Source: Chiloscyllium plagiosum
Lineage: Eukaryota
Assembly (NCBI RefSeq): GCF_004010195.1
Contig: NC_057720.1
Location: 21,301,882-21,365,881, forward strand
DNA length: 64,000 nucleotides
Reading direction: 5' to 3'
In this document: piece after piece, positions 23,764 through 36,934 of the stretch
How the letters are laid out: the number at the start of each line of letters is the position of its first letter
How positions within the stretch are numbered: position 1 is the stretch's first letter
Program-made: the position numbers and the translations under genes
The notes under the pieces: generated by a model
Databases searched by the model: none
Told to the model about the DNA's origin: nothing
What the model saw: the letters and a program-made list of their open reading frames with translations, nothing else

Positions 23764-24299
23764 ACTATCAGGTTCCTCAGACATAAACTGCATTCTCAGT
23801 TTTCTTTTGGCTATCCCTCCTTGCCCATGCTTCCACAATTGAAGATTAATTTTGTCAATAATTTCTAGTAGTTTGTCCATCTATGACATTGTACTGCTTT
23901 GTTACCAGCTTTAAGTCATTCCTCTTTTTTGAACAGTGGTGTGTTAGCCTATTCCTATATAAAAAGGACAATAGAAGTATTGAGATAAGATCAGATTAGC
24001 TTCCTTCAGCAACTTGGGATTTATTTTATGTGAACTGGATGGTTTATTAATTTTGACTGATTTCAAACTATTCTTCTTCTAATTTTTATCCATTTTATCC
24101 TTTCTAGTAACTGTGGATCCCACCTTCTTTTGAAAAAATTAACTTTATCCTCTTCATCCATGAAGGCACATGGAAGGTACCTATTCTGTCCATGTGTCCA
24201 GGTTTCATTAGAAGATTTTCTGATTTGACCCCCTCACTTCCTTCGCTATTCTTATACATTATGTGCAATGCTAGTAAACAACCACACTGAGCAACCCAA

Positions 24300-24620
24300 T
24301 ACAGCAAATGGATATGAAATTGTACAACACAACAAAACAAATAGATCTCATACTGGACAACATGATGAAATAAATAGACATCACATTACAACAAATAGTT
24401 ATCATACTGTTCAGCAAGGTGAAGTAACTAGATCTCACACAGTATAACATGCTGAAATGAATGGATCTCATATGACAACAAAATAAAACAAACAGGTCTT
24501 ATATTTCAACACAGTGAATAAGAGAGACACCATATTATATAGAATACTACAGGAAACACATGACTTTGTATGACATGCACATTAAAATACTCCATAAGAA
24601 CATATGGAAAATACATATAA
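24300..24620 (+). repeat. Degenerate ~30-bp tandem repeat
   Basis: Recurring AAATAGATCTCATA..ACAACATG..GAAAT variants. Confidence 0.55.
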
Positions 24621-26099
24621 CAGCATGAGAAAAATAACATCTGAAGTTAAATAAACAGTGATATATTAAAAACAATATTGAACCATGTATACTTTTGATG
24701 GAAAGTTCAAATGCTCAAGACCATTGGCTGTATTTCTAGTCCAAGATAGAACCAGAGATGGGCAGGAGTTACAAAGGAGTGCCAGTGACAAGCTTGTTAG
24801 TTACCTGGCATGATTTTCTCCTTTCTGGGCCTTTGATTTTTTTCAAGAACAGGTTTGGGGTAGGCCTGAGCTATCTGCCTACAGGTGGAGGGCAACAAAT
24901 TAGGTTCATTAAGGGTCAGTTGAGGCCAATAAAAGACTGGAATTTTCCTGTCAGCCTCCAGGTTCAAGTTGGTGGCAGGGTCCAATTTAGAGATCTTGAA
25001 GTCAGGTGACTAACAGTAGGCCGGGGTAGGACTAGAGGAGTCCCTATGCACTAGGGACATCTCGAGAACCACCCTATCTGACTGGCTGCAGAACCAGCTG
25101 GAGATACCCAATCGAGGATCTCTTGCCCACACCACCCTGCCATGTGCCTTTTCCCCATCCTTCCTCCGTGCCCATTCTACTCCTCCGCCTCCCACTCCAC
25201 TTTATCTACATCCACTCTCCCTCACCCTCCCCTACAATAGTGGCCTGGCTAGTGAATCTAGTCTTGAAGACATAGAACTCAAGACAACTTCATTTCTTAC
25301 TTAATTATTATTACAGCCTGGTCCTCTTTTCCAATCAGCAGGCATCTGACTAGTCTTTCCTCTTTGAGAACTTGCCCTCCATCCCTAATTAGATGACAAC
25401 TCTGCTTCCATGTAAGTTAAGGAAATGTCCCGATGAAAGTCACAATCAGTAACTGTTCGCTACCCCCCATCCCTGTCCTTCCCCTGAGTCATAGCAAGGA
25501 TGGAAACCAGAAACTGTCCTCACCTCTGTTATCCATCCCCAGAGGAAAGATACTGCCCTGCACACTTTTCAATAAATTGCTGGGAGCGTTCAAAGTAAAA
25601 GTAAATACAAGTGAAACTTGACTGCCCCGTTGTCTTTAATTTTTCACACAGCTTGCCGAACATCCAATCTTGGGTGAGAAAATATTTTCCCCTATTAATT
25701 ATTGAGAAAACTGAGAGCACTGATATCAGATCACACCACAAACTCTGTTTCCCAGCCATCAATTCTATCTATTGTTTGCAACACTCTAAGGTTAGACCTG
25801 AAACCTGAGTGTTGTATTTGATATCAAGATAAGCTTCCAATGACATTACCATGACTGCCAACTTCCATGTTTCAGCTTGTTTGCTGCTGCAAAACTCATC
25901 TATGTTTTTGTATCGAAGAATTGTACCCAGGTACTTATACCTAGATGTCACCATAAGAAAGCACACATGTAAAAGCATTTCACTGTACTCCTACAACGGA
26001 GTACACATGACAATAAAAGGATTTTGTGTTGTACTGTCACACATCGATATGACTACTTTAATTTTCTCCTGGCTGGGCACCCATCTACACAAAACAGAT

Positions 26100-26436
26100 C
26101 ACCCAAAAATTTGTTGCAATGTCTTAAATCTCACCAATTTATGTCTACCTATTAGCTTGTCGATCTATATCTGTTCCCCGTCTGGCAACAGCTCAATGTA
26201 GAAATTCTCATCCCCACTCCTGTAATCTCCTCAAACCCCACAAGCTTTAAAGATCTCCTGATTCCTCCAACTTTGGCATCTTGTGAATCTCCAATTTTCC
26301 TGAATCCCAAATTGATGGCTCTGCCTAAGGGTCAGTCCTTCAGCATCACTTCCTTAAATCCCTCTGCCTCTCTACTTTTCTCCTCATTTAAGGGCTCATT
26401 AAAACATAGGTCTTGAGGCAGCTCTTGATCATCTGT
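26100..26436 (+). mobile_element. L2 LINE 3' remnant
   Basis: Degenerate L2 3' motifs (AAATTCTCATCC, TTCCTCCAACTTTGGC, CCCTCTGCCTCTCTAC..TTTAAG..TTAAAAC). Confidence 0.55.
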
Positions 26437-26458
26437 TCTCTCTCTGCATCTTTTCCTG

Positions 26459-26532
26459 ATTTGGAGATGCCAGTGTTGGACTGGGGTGTACACCTGTTGG
26501 ATTACAACCTGGTGTTGTGTGATTTTAACTTG
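26459..26532. mobile_element. 74-bp PLE-type mini-insertion with 13-bp target-site duplication
   Basis: Two inverted pieces of the 23483-23763 family, flanked by GCATCTTTTCCTG at 26446-26458 and 26533-26545. Confidence 0.85.
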
Positions 26533-27094
26533 GCATCTTTTCCTGTAGCTCAATGTTCAAAGTATATGAATAACAGTATTAAAAACTTGATTAGGAAGTC
26601 TTAGTAAGATAACCTTACGATGTCTATCAGTCAGGAGTCTGCCACCAGTAGTACTTGTGCTATCTGGAGCCATATTGTCTGCTTCAGCACTCTCCAGCTC
26701 CAACCTTCAACTAACTTCTTTCAGAAAACACACAGAAAAATAACAGAGAACCTTTCTAAGCTTCATCCATCCTTCTAACAATTTAGCCCACTCTGAGCTG
26801 TCCTTAACCTGACTCTAGTTTAAGTGTCTTTTACTTACAATTTATTTTTTGATGTGTGAAGAAGTAAAATTGGTTTCACAGCCTTTCAGAATTCACTAAA
26901 TGCTTTTAACTATTACAGCTTTAAGTCCCAACACAAACAATCCCTGTGGATTGTCATGATTGGCAGCAGTATTGACACCCCATTGCCAGCTCAGCAAGCT
27001 CACTGGTTACTCTTAACTCCAGCCCTTCTATCCTGATTCTATAAAATACACATGGGTAAACAAACAAACCTCCTGAACTGCCATTTGTTTTAGA

Positions 27095-27990
27095 TGAAAT
27101 AAAAAGAGAAATTGTTGGAAACTCAGCAGGATTGGCAGCATTTGAGGGTAGAGAGACAGAGTTAATGTTTTGAGTCTGATATGATTCTTCAGAATTGAAA
27201 GGTGCTGGAAAATTGTGGTTTTAATGCTGTTAGCTGAGGGAGGAGGACAAGTAAATGAAAGGAATAGTGAAGGTGTCCAGAGAAAAAAAAAGGGTGTGCT
27301 AATGGTAGTAAAAGACTGTCCATTAGAGTTTTGAAGAATGAGTGGGGGGGGGGGGGGAGGTGGGGTGGGGGGGGGGGGGGGGGGGGGTGGAATCTCACAG
27401 AAAGTGATAAATTTGCAACAGTTTAGATGAAGAAAGTTTGTTCTTGAGGTTGGGGTTATTAGAACCAGGGGCCATATTTTTGTGGATAAGGGATAAACCT
27501 TTTTAGGACTAATATGGAGAAATTTCTTCGCCCAGTGAACCTGTGGAATTCACTATCTCGGAATGTGATTGAGGCTAATACATGGTTTGTTTTCAAGATG
27601 GAAGTAGAAACAGCTCTTATGGCTAAAGGGATCAAGGAATAGAAGGGGGAGCGCAGGAATAAGGAATTGAACTTAATGATCAGCCATGATCATATTGAAT
27701 GGCAGAGCAGACTAGAGAGATCGAATGGCCTACTCCTGCTCCTATCTTCTCAGTTTCCATGTTCCTAAGAGCAATTGAGACGTAAAATAAATCTGCTGAG
27801 AGAAAAGAAAACAATACAGGTGTGTTGTAATCAAATTGGAGGGCAGAGGTTATACTCTGAACTCAATGTTGAGTCCTAAATGCTGTAAAGGAAAATGAGT
27901 TGTTGTTCCTCCAACTTGCATTGTTTGAGATGAGAATCAAATTACGTTGGTTCATTTAAATGGCAAGCAACTGAAAAGTCAAAGTCATAT
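27095..27990 (-). mobile_element. Old PLE 3' region with nested CR1 3' end (27420-27765, +) and poly-G tract (27344-27390)
   Basis: Terminal repeat ACTCAGCAGG..GGCAGCATT..GAGTTAATGTTT. The CR1 piece ends GAATGGCCTACTCCTGCTCCTAT. Confidence 0.6.
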
Positions 27991-29409
27991 TTATGACAGA
28001 GTAGGTGTAACAATCCCTGCATAATGCTATCAGCGGATGGGCTAGGAAAATGTGTTTGTTGGTGGTATTCTGCAAGAGGTGCTGTGTTCCTCTGGCATTT
28101 TATGGAAATTATTTCAGATTTTCAGCATCCACAGTGTTTTGCTTATATCTGTTTTAGGCATTCCATTATCACTAAAGCCTACCTTAGCACCAACATCACT
28201 AACTTCTTAAAGCAACAAGACCTTTTAAGTGCCTCAGAGCCCAATGATCTTCAACTGCATTTATCTCATTTTATACAGTTAATTTTTTAATTTCTAAAAC
28301 TCCTATATTAAAACAAATGAACCATGACTATATAATCACAGCAATAAATGTGCTACATAAGTGCATATTATGGTTGGTTAATTTTGTAAAGGAAATAGAC
28401 TATTCATGCAGTTTAATGTTTTAAAAAATTAGGTATTTTCTGAATTCTTTCAATTTTATGTACAATATTATGTTTATTTACAATAATTCTTGTCCCTTAC
28501 CTTTCAAAGACATACCCTTGTTCTCAAGTTTCCTGCCTGGTCAATTCCTTTTACACTTTAACACCAGTTTTAATAATTTCTGTTTTCATTCCATTTATAG
28601 GGCAATGTAAGGTTGAGGTTATTTCTGGGCAAGTACTCAGTATAGCCTGCCTAGTGAAACATGCATTTTCTTTACATGTTGGATAAGAAGTTGGATTTAG
28701 TTGTACCAATCACCGTTCCCTTCATATGTTTACATTCACACTTACTATTACAATGTTGTCCTTTCTAGTTCTCGTCACACTACATTTATCTAGAGTTGTA
28801 GGGAAGCAGATGTGCATTCTTGTACCTTCTTATATAATAGTTTATTAGGATTTATGTGTGTTTATACCCATAAAATTAATTCCTACAATTCCAGTTTCTA
28901 TGTTGCAACATCCCAGTGATAAGACGTTATGAATCACAGAGAATTTCAAGCTTAGGAAAGCAAAGAAAACCTTTTTAAGCTGGCCTCTTGAAAGCTAAAA
29001 CATAATGCACTGACTAGTCTCTCTAGAATTGCACTTCTTAAATTTTTCGTTAAAGAAGTTACGTAAAGTGCACCAGAGCACATCAAGAGATGAAGCGTTT
29101 AAGAACAGTGCAGGAGCTAGTAAGTAGTAACAATAGAACACAGTGCATCTGTAGAATGGGATTAAAATGAACAGTGGGGAAGAACAAAAAGTAATTGAAG
29201 GAGTTCAGGCGCAGGAGAATGTGCAGTGGTTTTATTTCACTTCTCCAAGCTAGAACATTTATTGAAACTATGAGTTTTTGGGAAATATATCCACGCCTTT
29301 ATTTAGTTTATAGTTTAGCTGGGTATTCTTCTTAATGAGTCTCAATAATTATTTTAAAATCTTTTACATGTATTCAGCCAACCATTACACCAATAATTAA
29401 AATTGGTGG

Positions 29410-30190
29410 GCTATGTGTGGGCGTTATTGTTTGTGGACATTCACAGCCAGCAAGACTGCCTGGAGTGCCACATTTTTGAGAAAGCTTTCTGACCTCTTCC
29501 ACGGCAGAGATGGAATGTCTGTTAGAGATACTCTGAAACATATGGACGGGACTGGAATTTCTAGATTGTGTGATGCAGATCATAAGAGCAAAGTAGATTC
29601 AGAAAAAGGGTGAAGAAGTGTTAGGGAGCTTGGTCACTGGGAAATAGAGGAAGGTGTGGAGGACACAGACTCTATCCAACACGTGCAATGCATTTGCCTC
29701 CTGGACAAGAGAGGACAAGGAGAAAGATTGCAGTGAAAACATTAATAATGCAGACCAAGACAATATGGCTCAGAAGCCTGGTGGAAAGAACAGAATAGAA
29801 TGTAATTGTGGTAATGCTTTATATAATTACAGGAAACAGGCCGACTTCTCTGTAGCTGTAAATTAAAATTCAATGGGGGTGTTGCCGACCAAGTACCATG
29901 CAATTGCATAGCATGTGACTGCTGGTTTGGAACATTTGCAATGAGAGAGGACAATCCAACTGTCCATGTCAGAACAAAGACCATAAGATAGAATGGACAG
30001 AAGGTCCAGCTCAGGGAATGTCATAAGTTAGGAGAGAAATTGAAAGGCAGGATCTCATGGGCACCAATCCCTGGATGAATACCTGAAAAGGAAAAGATGA
30101 ACAGGGCTACATAAAAAGTTGTAGGAGTTATACAAGGTCAATCGTTTCTTCAGAGAGCCAGCATAGTCACGACCTGCAAAATGGTTTTTG
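29410..30190 (+). mobile_element. Highly decayed CR1 ORF1 remnant
   Basis: Cys-containing N-terminus (CGRYCLW), then remnants resembling VHVxT and LGEKLKGRIS, paralleling ORF1 of the 34-38 kb copy. Confidence 0.5.
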
Positions 30191-30194
30191 TCTA

Positions 30195-30700
30195 TAGAGT
30201 CATAGAGGTTTACAGCATGGAAACAGGCCCTTCAGCCCAACTTGCTCATGCTGCCCAATTTTCGCAATTTAATCTAGTCCCATTTGCCTGCATTTGGTGC
30301 ATATCCCTCCATACCTATCTCTTCCATGTACCTGTCTAAATATTTCTTAAATTATTAAATTATACTTATTTTCACCATTATTCTGGCAGCCTATTCCAGA
30401 CACTCACCACCCTCTGTGTGAAAAAAATTGTCTCTCTGGACTCTTTTATATCTCTGCCCTCTAGTTTTAGATTACCCTACCATAGGGGAAAGTTGTTGGC
30501 TATTTACTTTACCTATGTCTCTCAAGATTTTATAAACCTCTATAAGGTCACCCTTCAGTCCCCTACATTCCAGGGGGAAAAAAGTCTCAGCCTATCAACC
30601 TCTCCTTCTAACTCAAACTTTCCAATCTAGGTAGCATCCTATTAAATATTTTCTGTACTCTCTGTACTTTAGTAATATCCTATTTATAGCAGGGTGACTA
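30195..30700 (-). mobile_element. CR1 LINE 3' fragment
   Basis: ATAGAGTCATAGAG tail and ACCACCCTCTGTGTGAAAAA (FFTQRVV antisense). Confidence 0.85.
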
Positions 30701-30904
30701 TGTTGTCCCATTTCCCCCCTCAGTCAAAGCAAAACACTCAGCGACACAGTATAAGTTTTGCCTCCTGCATCTTTTTTCTGGGCCCTGGAGGGAGAGAGAA
30801 TGATCAACCATGTGCACAGAGACATGGGTTCTCGGTCTTCTCTGGAATAGGAGTTTCTTAATAAATTATATAGTCATTTTACAGGGAGGCGCATCCAGAT
30901 AAGG

Positions 30905-31445
30905 CAACACTTGGAATATTGTGTCGAGTTCTGGTCGCCCTACTACAGGAAAGATACACAGGCTTTGGAGAGGGTGTAAAGAAGGTTTACTAGAATGCTG
31001 CCTGGACTGGAGGGCTTACCTTATGATGAAAGGTTGAATAAGCTCGGACTTTTCTGTCTGGAGAGAAGGAGGAAGAGAGGAGACCTGATCGAGGTGTATA
31101 AAATAATGAGAGGAATAGATAGAGTCAATAGCCAGAGACTTTACCCCAGGGCAGGACTGATTGGTACGAGAAGTCATAGTTTGAAGATATTAGGAGGAAG
31201 GTATAAAGGAGACGTCAGAGGTAGATTCTTTACGCAGAGAGTTGTGAATGCATGAAATGTGTTGCCAGTGGTGGTGGTGGAAGCAGAGTCATTAGAGGCA
31301 TTTAAGCAACTTCTGGACAGACACATGGAGAGCAGTGAGTTGAGGGCAGTGTAGGTTAAGTTATTATATTTTACATTAGGATTAAACCTCAGCACAACAT
31401 CGTGTGCCAAAGGGCCTGTTCTGTGCTGTACTTTTCTATTTCTAA
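30905..31445 (+). mobile_element. CR1 family B 3' end
   Basis: Closely matches 4095-4615; ORF 30995-31255. Confidence 0.92.
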
Positions 31446-31899
31446 CATACATATTAATTGGGTGACAATTACAATCAGTGTCAATAGCAAAGATTAAGCC
31501 ATCTGCTGTTACACAATGAATGTTCTTAATTTTAACTGGCTTCACATAATGAATACTGTTCATCTTGTTAAACTGACCTTATATACTGAATGCTTCTAAT
31601 ATTGTTAAACCGCTCCACTACATAATGACTGCTTTCCACCATGCTAACCCATTACCCTTGCCTCCAGCATCCCATTGTTAACTGCAAGGTCTTATCTGAT
31701 CTGAGTCATGCTCAGCTGAACCTCTTGTTTCATAAAACTCAGAACTTAACTCTTTCCCTGCCTGCTTATATCCTTTACACATTCTCAACCAGAACTGCAC
31801 ACAGCATGTTGAGTGAAAATGATTTTTCTCACTTCAACCTTACTTCTTTTGCAGGTCGCTATGCTACAACTATCCTTTGATTTTGTGTTGCCCTAACCA

Positions 31900-33660
31900 A
31901 ATGCAAATTGGCATAGTGCAGACAGGTCAGGAGAATTCTTGTGTGGTTAAAGAGGTTTTGTGGGAAAGAGGGATTTCTTTCCATGGGATATTGGCACTAG
32001 TTCTGTGATGGGAAGGAACAAAATCAATGACAGGAAATCCATCCATTATCCATCCTTGTAGGATGTCTAACCAATGAGTGACTAAGATTTGGTGACATGA
32101 TGAGACTTACACATAAACAAACTAGGAAAAGACAACATAAGAGAAAGAATAAAGAAAGTGAAAGCTTAAATAAAAGCAAATTACTGCAGGTGCTGGTAAT
32201 CTGAAATAAAAAGAGAAAATTACAGAGAAACTTGGCAGATCTGGCGGCATTTGTGGTGAGAGAAAAAGAGTTAATGTTTCGAGTCCGGTATGTATGAAGA
32301 AGAGTCATGGTACATTAACTCTGTTCCTCTCTCCACACATGCTTCCACTCCTGCTGAGTTTCTCCAGCATTTTCTCTTTATATTTAAATGAGGACTTAAA
32401 GATAGATAGAAGTATTAAGTGGCTGTTAAAAAGTAATTTATGTTTTAAAAGTAAAAGTAATACAATAAAGCTACTGCAACCAAGTTAAGCTTCTTCCTCT
32501 GCAATGCGCAGTGCCCAAAGTTAAATAGGGAAAGTGGCGACAAGTTGCTACAAGGAACCAGATATTGTAGGGATTACTGAGACATAGAAGAGTCAGACTG
32601 GGAATTAAATACTGCAGTGTATAAAGTGTTTACAGTAGATGGAAAGGATAGCAATGGAAGTGGACGAGTATTTGTTTGAGATAACATGTTGCAGTAGAGA
32701 AAAGGTACACATTTATCAATAAGACAGAGTTCTAATCCATGTGGATGGAGACAAGAGATAATAAAAAAATCAATCAAATAATGGGGGTAATCCACAGTCC
32801 ACTTAATAGTGGAATGGAGAAAGAAATAAGCAAATAAATGAGGGAAATGAGCGAGAAGCACAGAAATAAAATAATGGGAGATTAATTCCATTGGCCTGGA
32901 GTGGTAGGTAAAAGGTTGAGGAGAGAATTTCCTACAACATTCCTTTCTGATCCACTACATAGGAAAACCAACAAAGGAGGAGTTTCTACTGTATCAAGTA
33001 ATGTTCAATGAACCAGACCAGAAAAGCAAAGCAGAAAAACATTAGCCAATGGCTATAATGTTATACACTTTCATCATGATTGTCAGGGAGAAAAGCATGA
33101 AAAAACTCAGGGCATTAGATGGAAGGACAGTTGATTTTGAGGGGCTGAGAATAGAATATGGGAAATTAAATGAAAAACAATATTGGTTAACAGTGATGAA
33201 GAATGCCATTGGGAAACACTGAAAATGCTGTTCAACTGGAGCCAGGGAAAATATATTCTACTAAAAAGACAGGAATAAACCAGACACAAATGAGTCACAG
33301 TGGATAAATTAAGACATAAGGGGGAAAATGAGGATAAGAAAAGAAACATTCGCTAAGTATGTGAACAGTAGGGAACAGTATGACAATGGAGAATATGAAG
33401 AGATTAAAAATAAATTAAAAAGTTAAAATGGCAAAAAGAAATCATGAACTTATATTGTTGGGAAGACAAAGCAAAATAGTTAAACATTATACTAACACGC
33501 AAAAGGTTAAGAAAAGTTGAAGAACAGAAAGGATAATATTACAGTAAGGGAGGAAGTATTAAGTAATGACTTTGCCACAGTACTTAGCAGGGAAACAGAT
33601 AATGTGATAGCAAATGAGGCAACTGTTAAAAGTGAAATGAGATGGTCTGTTAAAAATAAA
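31900..33660 (+). mobile_element. Very old CR1 (ORF1 end and APE region) with inserted inverted PLE repeat pair (32172-32382)
   Basis: Remnants VWLKRFCGKEGF, PDIVGITET and GKDSNGSGRV. 32172-32382 has two opposed terminal-repeat arms. Confidence 0.55.
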
Positions 33661-33679
33661 AATCAAATTTAGAAGGGAC

Positions 33680-34020
33680 TAAAAAGATGTTGGAGAAGCT
33701 CAACAAGTTTGTCAGCATCAGTGTAGAGAGCAACAGAGTTTACGTCCAATATGACTCTGCTTCAGAACGCATTCAAGTCTGTTTCTCTCTTCACAGATGC
33801 TGCAAGACCTGTTGAGCTTCTCTAACATTTTCTGTGTTTACTTTTGCAGTATTTTAGGAAAAGAGATACAACTGTTTATGTTAATTTAATTGTTAAGGTG
33901 AATGATTTTCAGGTGGAGAACATTGAGGAAGGGTCACTGGACCCGCAATGCTAACTCTAATTTCTCTCTACAGATGCTGCCAGGCCTGCTGAGTTTTTCC
34001 AGCAATTTCTGCTTTTATTG
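33680..34020. mobile_element. Cluster of PLE terminal repeats (inverted pair 33680-33850; single 33920-34020)
   Basis: ACAGATGCTGC(A/C)AG(A/G)CCTG motifs; degenerate core TGAGGAAGGGTCACTGGACCCGCAATG at ~33924-33950. Confidence 0.7.
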
Positions 34021-34149
34021 TGTTTGTTGGTGGAGGATGTTGATTGATTAGGCATTTTGAGCATTCAGGAAGAACAAAAAACAAAGGAAATTTACAGCCC
34101 AGGAACAGGCCCTTTGGCCCTCCAAGCCTGAGCCAATCAAATGTACTGT

Positions 34150-36934
34150 CTAAACCTGTCGGTCAATTCCTAAGCATCTGTATCCCTCTGCTACCCACCT
34201 ACTCATGTATTTATCCAGATGCATCTTAGATAAATCTACCGTGCCTGCCTCTACCACCTCCACTGGCAATGTGTTCCAAATGCCCACCACCCTCTGTGTG
34301 AAGTACTTGCCGCGTGTATCTCCCTTAAACTTTCCATCTCTCACCTTGAAAGCGTGACCTCTCGTTACTGAACCCTTCACCCTGGGAAAAAAACTTGTCT
34401 CTATCCACCCTGTCTATACCCTTCATGATTTTATAAACCTCAATCAGATTCCCCCCTCGATCTCCTTTTTTTGAATGAAAACAAACCTAGCCTACTCAAC
34501 CGTTCTTCATAGCTAGCACCTTCCATACCAGGCAACATCCTTGTAAACCTTCTCTGCACCCTCTCCAAAGCATCCACATCCTTTTGGTAATGTAGCGACC
34601 AGAACTGTACACAGTATTCTAAGTGCGGCCGAAGCAATGCCTTGTACAATGTTAACATGACTTGCCAGCTCTTATACTCAATACCCTGTCCAATAAAGGC
34701 AAGCATACTATATGCCTTCTTGACCACTCTATCTGCCTGTTCAGCAACCTTCAGGGTACAATGGACCTGCACTCCCAGATCTCTCTGCCCATCAACTTTT
34801 CCCAAGGCTCTTCCGTTCATTGTATAATTCACTCCAGAATTAGTCTTGCCTAAATGCATCACCTCACATTTGTCTGGATTGAAATCCATCTGCCACTTTT
34901 CCGCCCAACTTTCCAGTCTATCTATATCCTCCTGTATTCTCTGACAGTCCCTTATGCTTTTTGCTACTCCACCAACCTTCGTGTCATCTGCAAACTTGCT
35001 GATCATACCAACAGTGCCCTCTTCCAGATGATTTATGTATATTACAAACAACAGTGGCTCCAACACTGACCCCTGTGGAACACCACTGGTCACCTTTCTC
35101 CATTATGAGAAACTCCCTTCAACTACTACTCTCTGTCTCCTGCTGCTCAACCAGTTCTTTATCCATCTAACTAGAACAACCCTGCACACCATGTGACTTC
35201 ACTTTCTCCATTAGTCTACCATGGGGAACCTTATCAAAAGCCTTACTAAAGTCCATGTATATGACACCAACAGCCCTTCCTTCATCTATCAACTTGGTCA
35301 CTTCCTCGAAGAACCCTATTAAGTTGGTAAGGCATGATCTCCCCCACACAAAACCATGTTGCCTATCACTGATAAGCCCATTCTTTTCTAAATATAAATA
35401 GATCCTATCCCTCAGTATCTTCTCCAGCAACTTTCCCACCACCGACGTCAGGCTCACTGATCTGTGGTTACCCAGAATATCCCTACTACCCTTCTTGTAC
35501 AGGGGGACAACATAAGCTACCCTCCAGTCCTCCAGCATCTCACCTGTGTTTAAGGATGCCACAAAGATATCTGTCAGGGCCCCAGCTATTTCCTCTCTCA
35601 CCTCCCTCAGTAACCTGGGATAGATCCCATCCGGTCCTAGGGATTTGTCCACCTTAGTAAACTCTAGCCTACCCAACACATCTTCCCTACTTATGTAAAT
35701 GTGATATAGAGTAATCAAACTACTATCTCTAATCTCAACATTCATCATCTTCCTCTTTTCAGTGAACACTGATGCAAAGTAATCATTCAGAATCTCACCC
35801 ATTCTCTCAGGTTTGACACACAACCTTCCTTCGTTATCCTTTAGTGGACCAATTCTTTCTCTAGTTGCTTTGGGATTCTCCTTAATTCTGCTCGCTAAAG
35901 TTATTTCATGACCCCTTTTAGCCTGCTTGATTCCTCATTTAAAACTGGTCCTACTCTTCCAATATTCTTCCAGGGCCCATTCTGTTCTTCGCTGCCTGGA
36001 CTTTATGTTCGCTTCCATTTTCCTCTTGGCTAGTTGTACAATTTCTCCTGTCATCCACGGTTCACGAATCTTGCCTTTCCTATCCTTTGCCTTCAACGAG
36101 ACATGCCTATCCTGCACTATCTTTAACCTATCTTTGAAAGACTCCCATATCTCAAATGTGGACTTCCCTTCAATTAGCTGTGTCCAATCCACATTTCCCA
36201 GCTCCTGCCTAATTTTGATATAATTGACCTTGGCCCAGTTTAGTACTCTTCCCTTAGGATCACTTTCTTCTTTATCTACGAGTATTCTAAAACTTACAGA
36301 ATTGTGGTCACTGTTCCCAAAGAAATCCCCCAACACAACTTCTACCACCTGTCCTGGCTCATTACCCAGTACCAGGTCCAATATGGCCCCTTCCCTTGTC
36401 GGACTATTGACATACTGCTGTAGAAAATTCTCCTGGACGCTTCTTACAAATTCTACCCCATCCAGACCTCTGACATTAAGTGTATCCCAGTCAAAGTTGA
36501 AAAAATTAAAATCTCCCATCACCACTACCCTGTTGCCTCTACATCTTTCCATAATCTGTTTACCTATTTGTTCTTTTACCTCACGCTCACTGTTGGGAGG
36601 CCTGAAATACAGCCCCAACAGTGTAACTGCACCCTTCTTATTTCACAGATCCACCCATAATGCCTCACTACCCAAGCCCTCCATAGTGTGCTCCTTTAGC
36701 ACAGCCATGATATCGTCCTTGACCAGCAATGCAATTCCACCTCCCCTTTTACTTCTCTCCCTGTCCTGTCTGAAGCATCTATGTCCTGGAACATTTAATT
36801 GCCAATCATCATGCCCTTCCTTCAACCAAGTCTCTGTGATTGCAATAACATCATAGTCCCAGGCAACCATCCAAGCCCTAAGTTCATCTGCCTTACACAC
36901 TATACTCCTTGCATTAAAGTAGATGCATTTCATG
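34150..36934 (-). pseudogene. CR1 ORF2: APE endonuclease and reverse transcriptase (disrupted)
   Basis: [53 protein letters not shown], in ORFs 36643-37233, 35935-36618, 35167-35823, 34440-35093 and 34150-34380. Confidence 0.93.

Noticed and set aside
24300..24620. CRISPR-like repeat/spacer array
   Set aside because: Units are degenerate without constant repeats and unique spacers; eukaryotic context with no cas genes.
27344..27390. Poly-G tract as a functional G-quadruplex
   Set aside because: Simple low-complexity run inside a decayed repeat; homopolymer length is unreliable.
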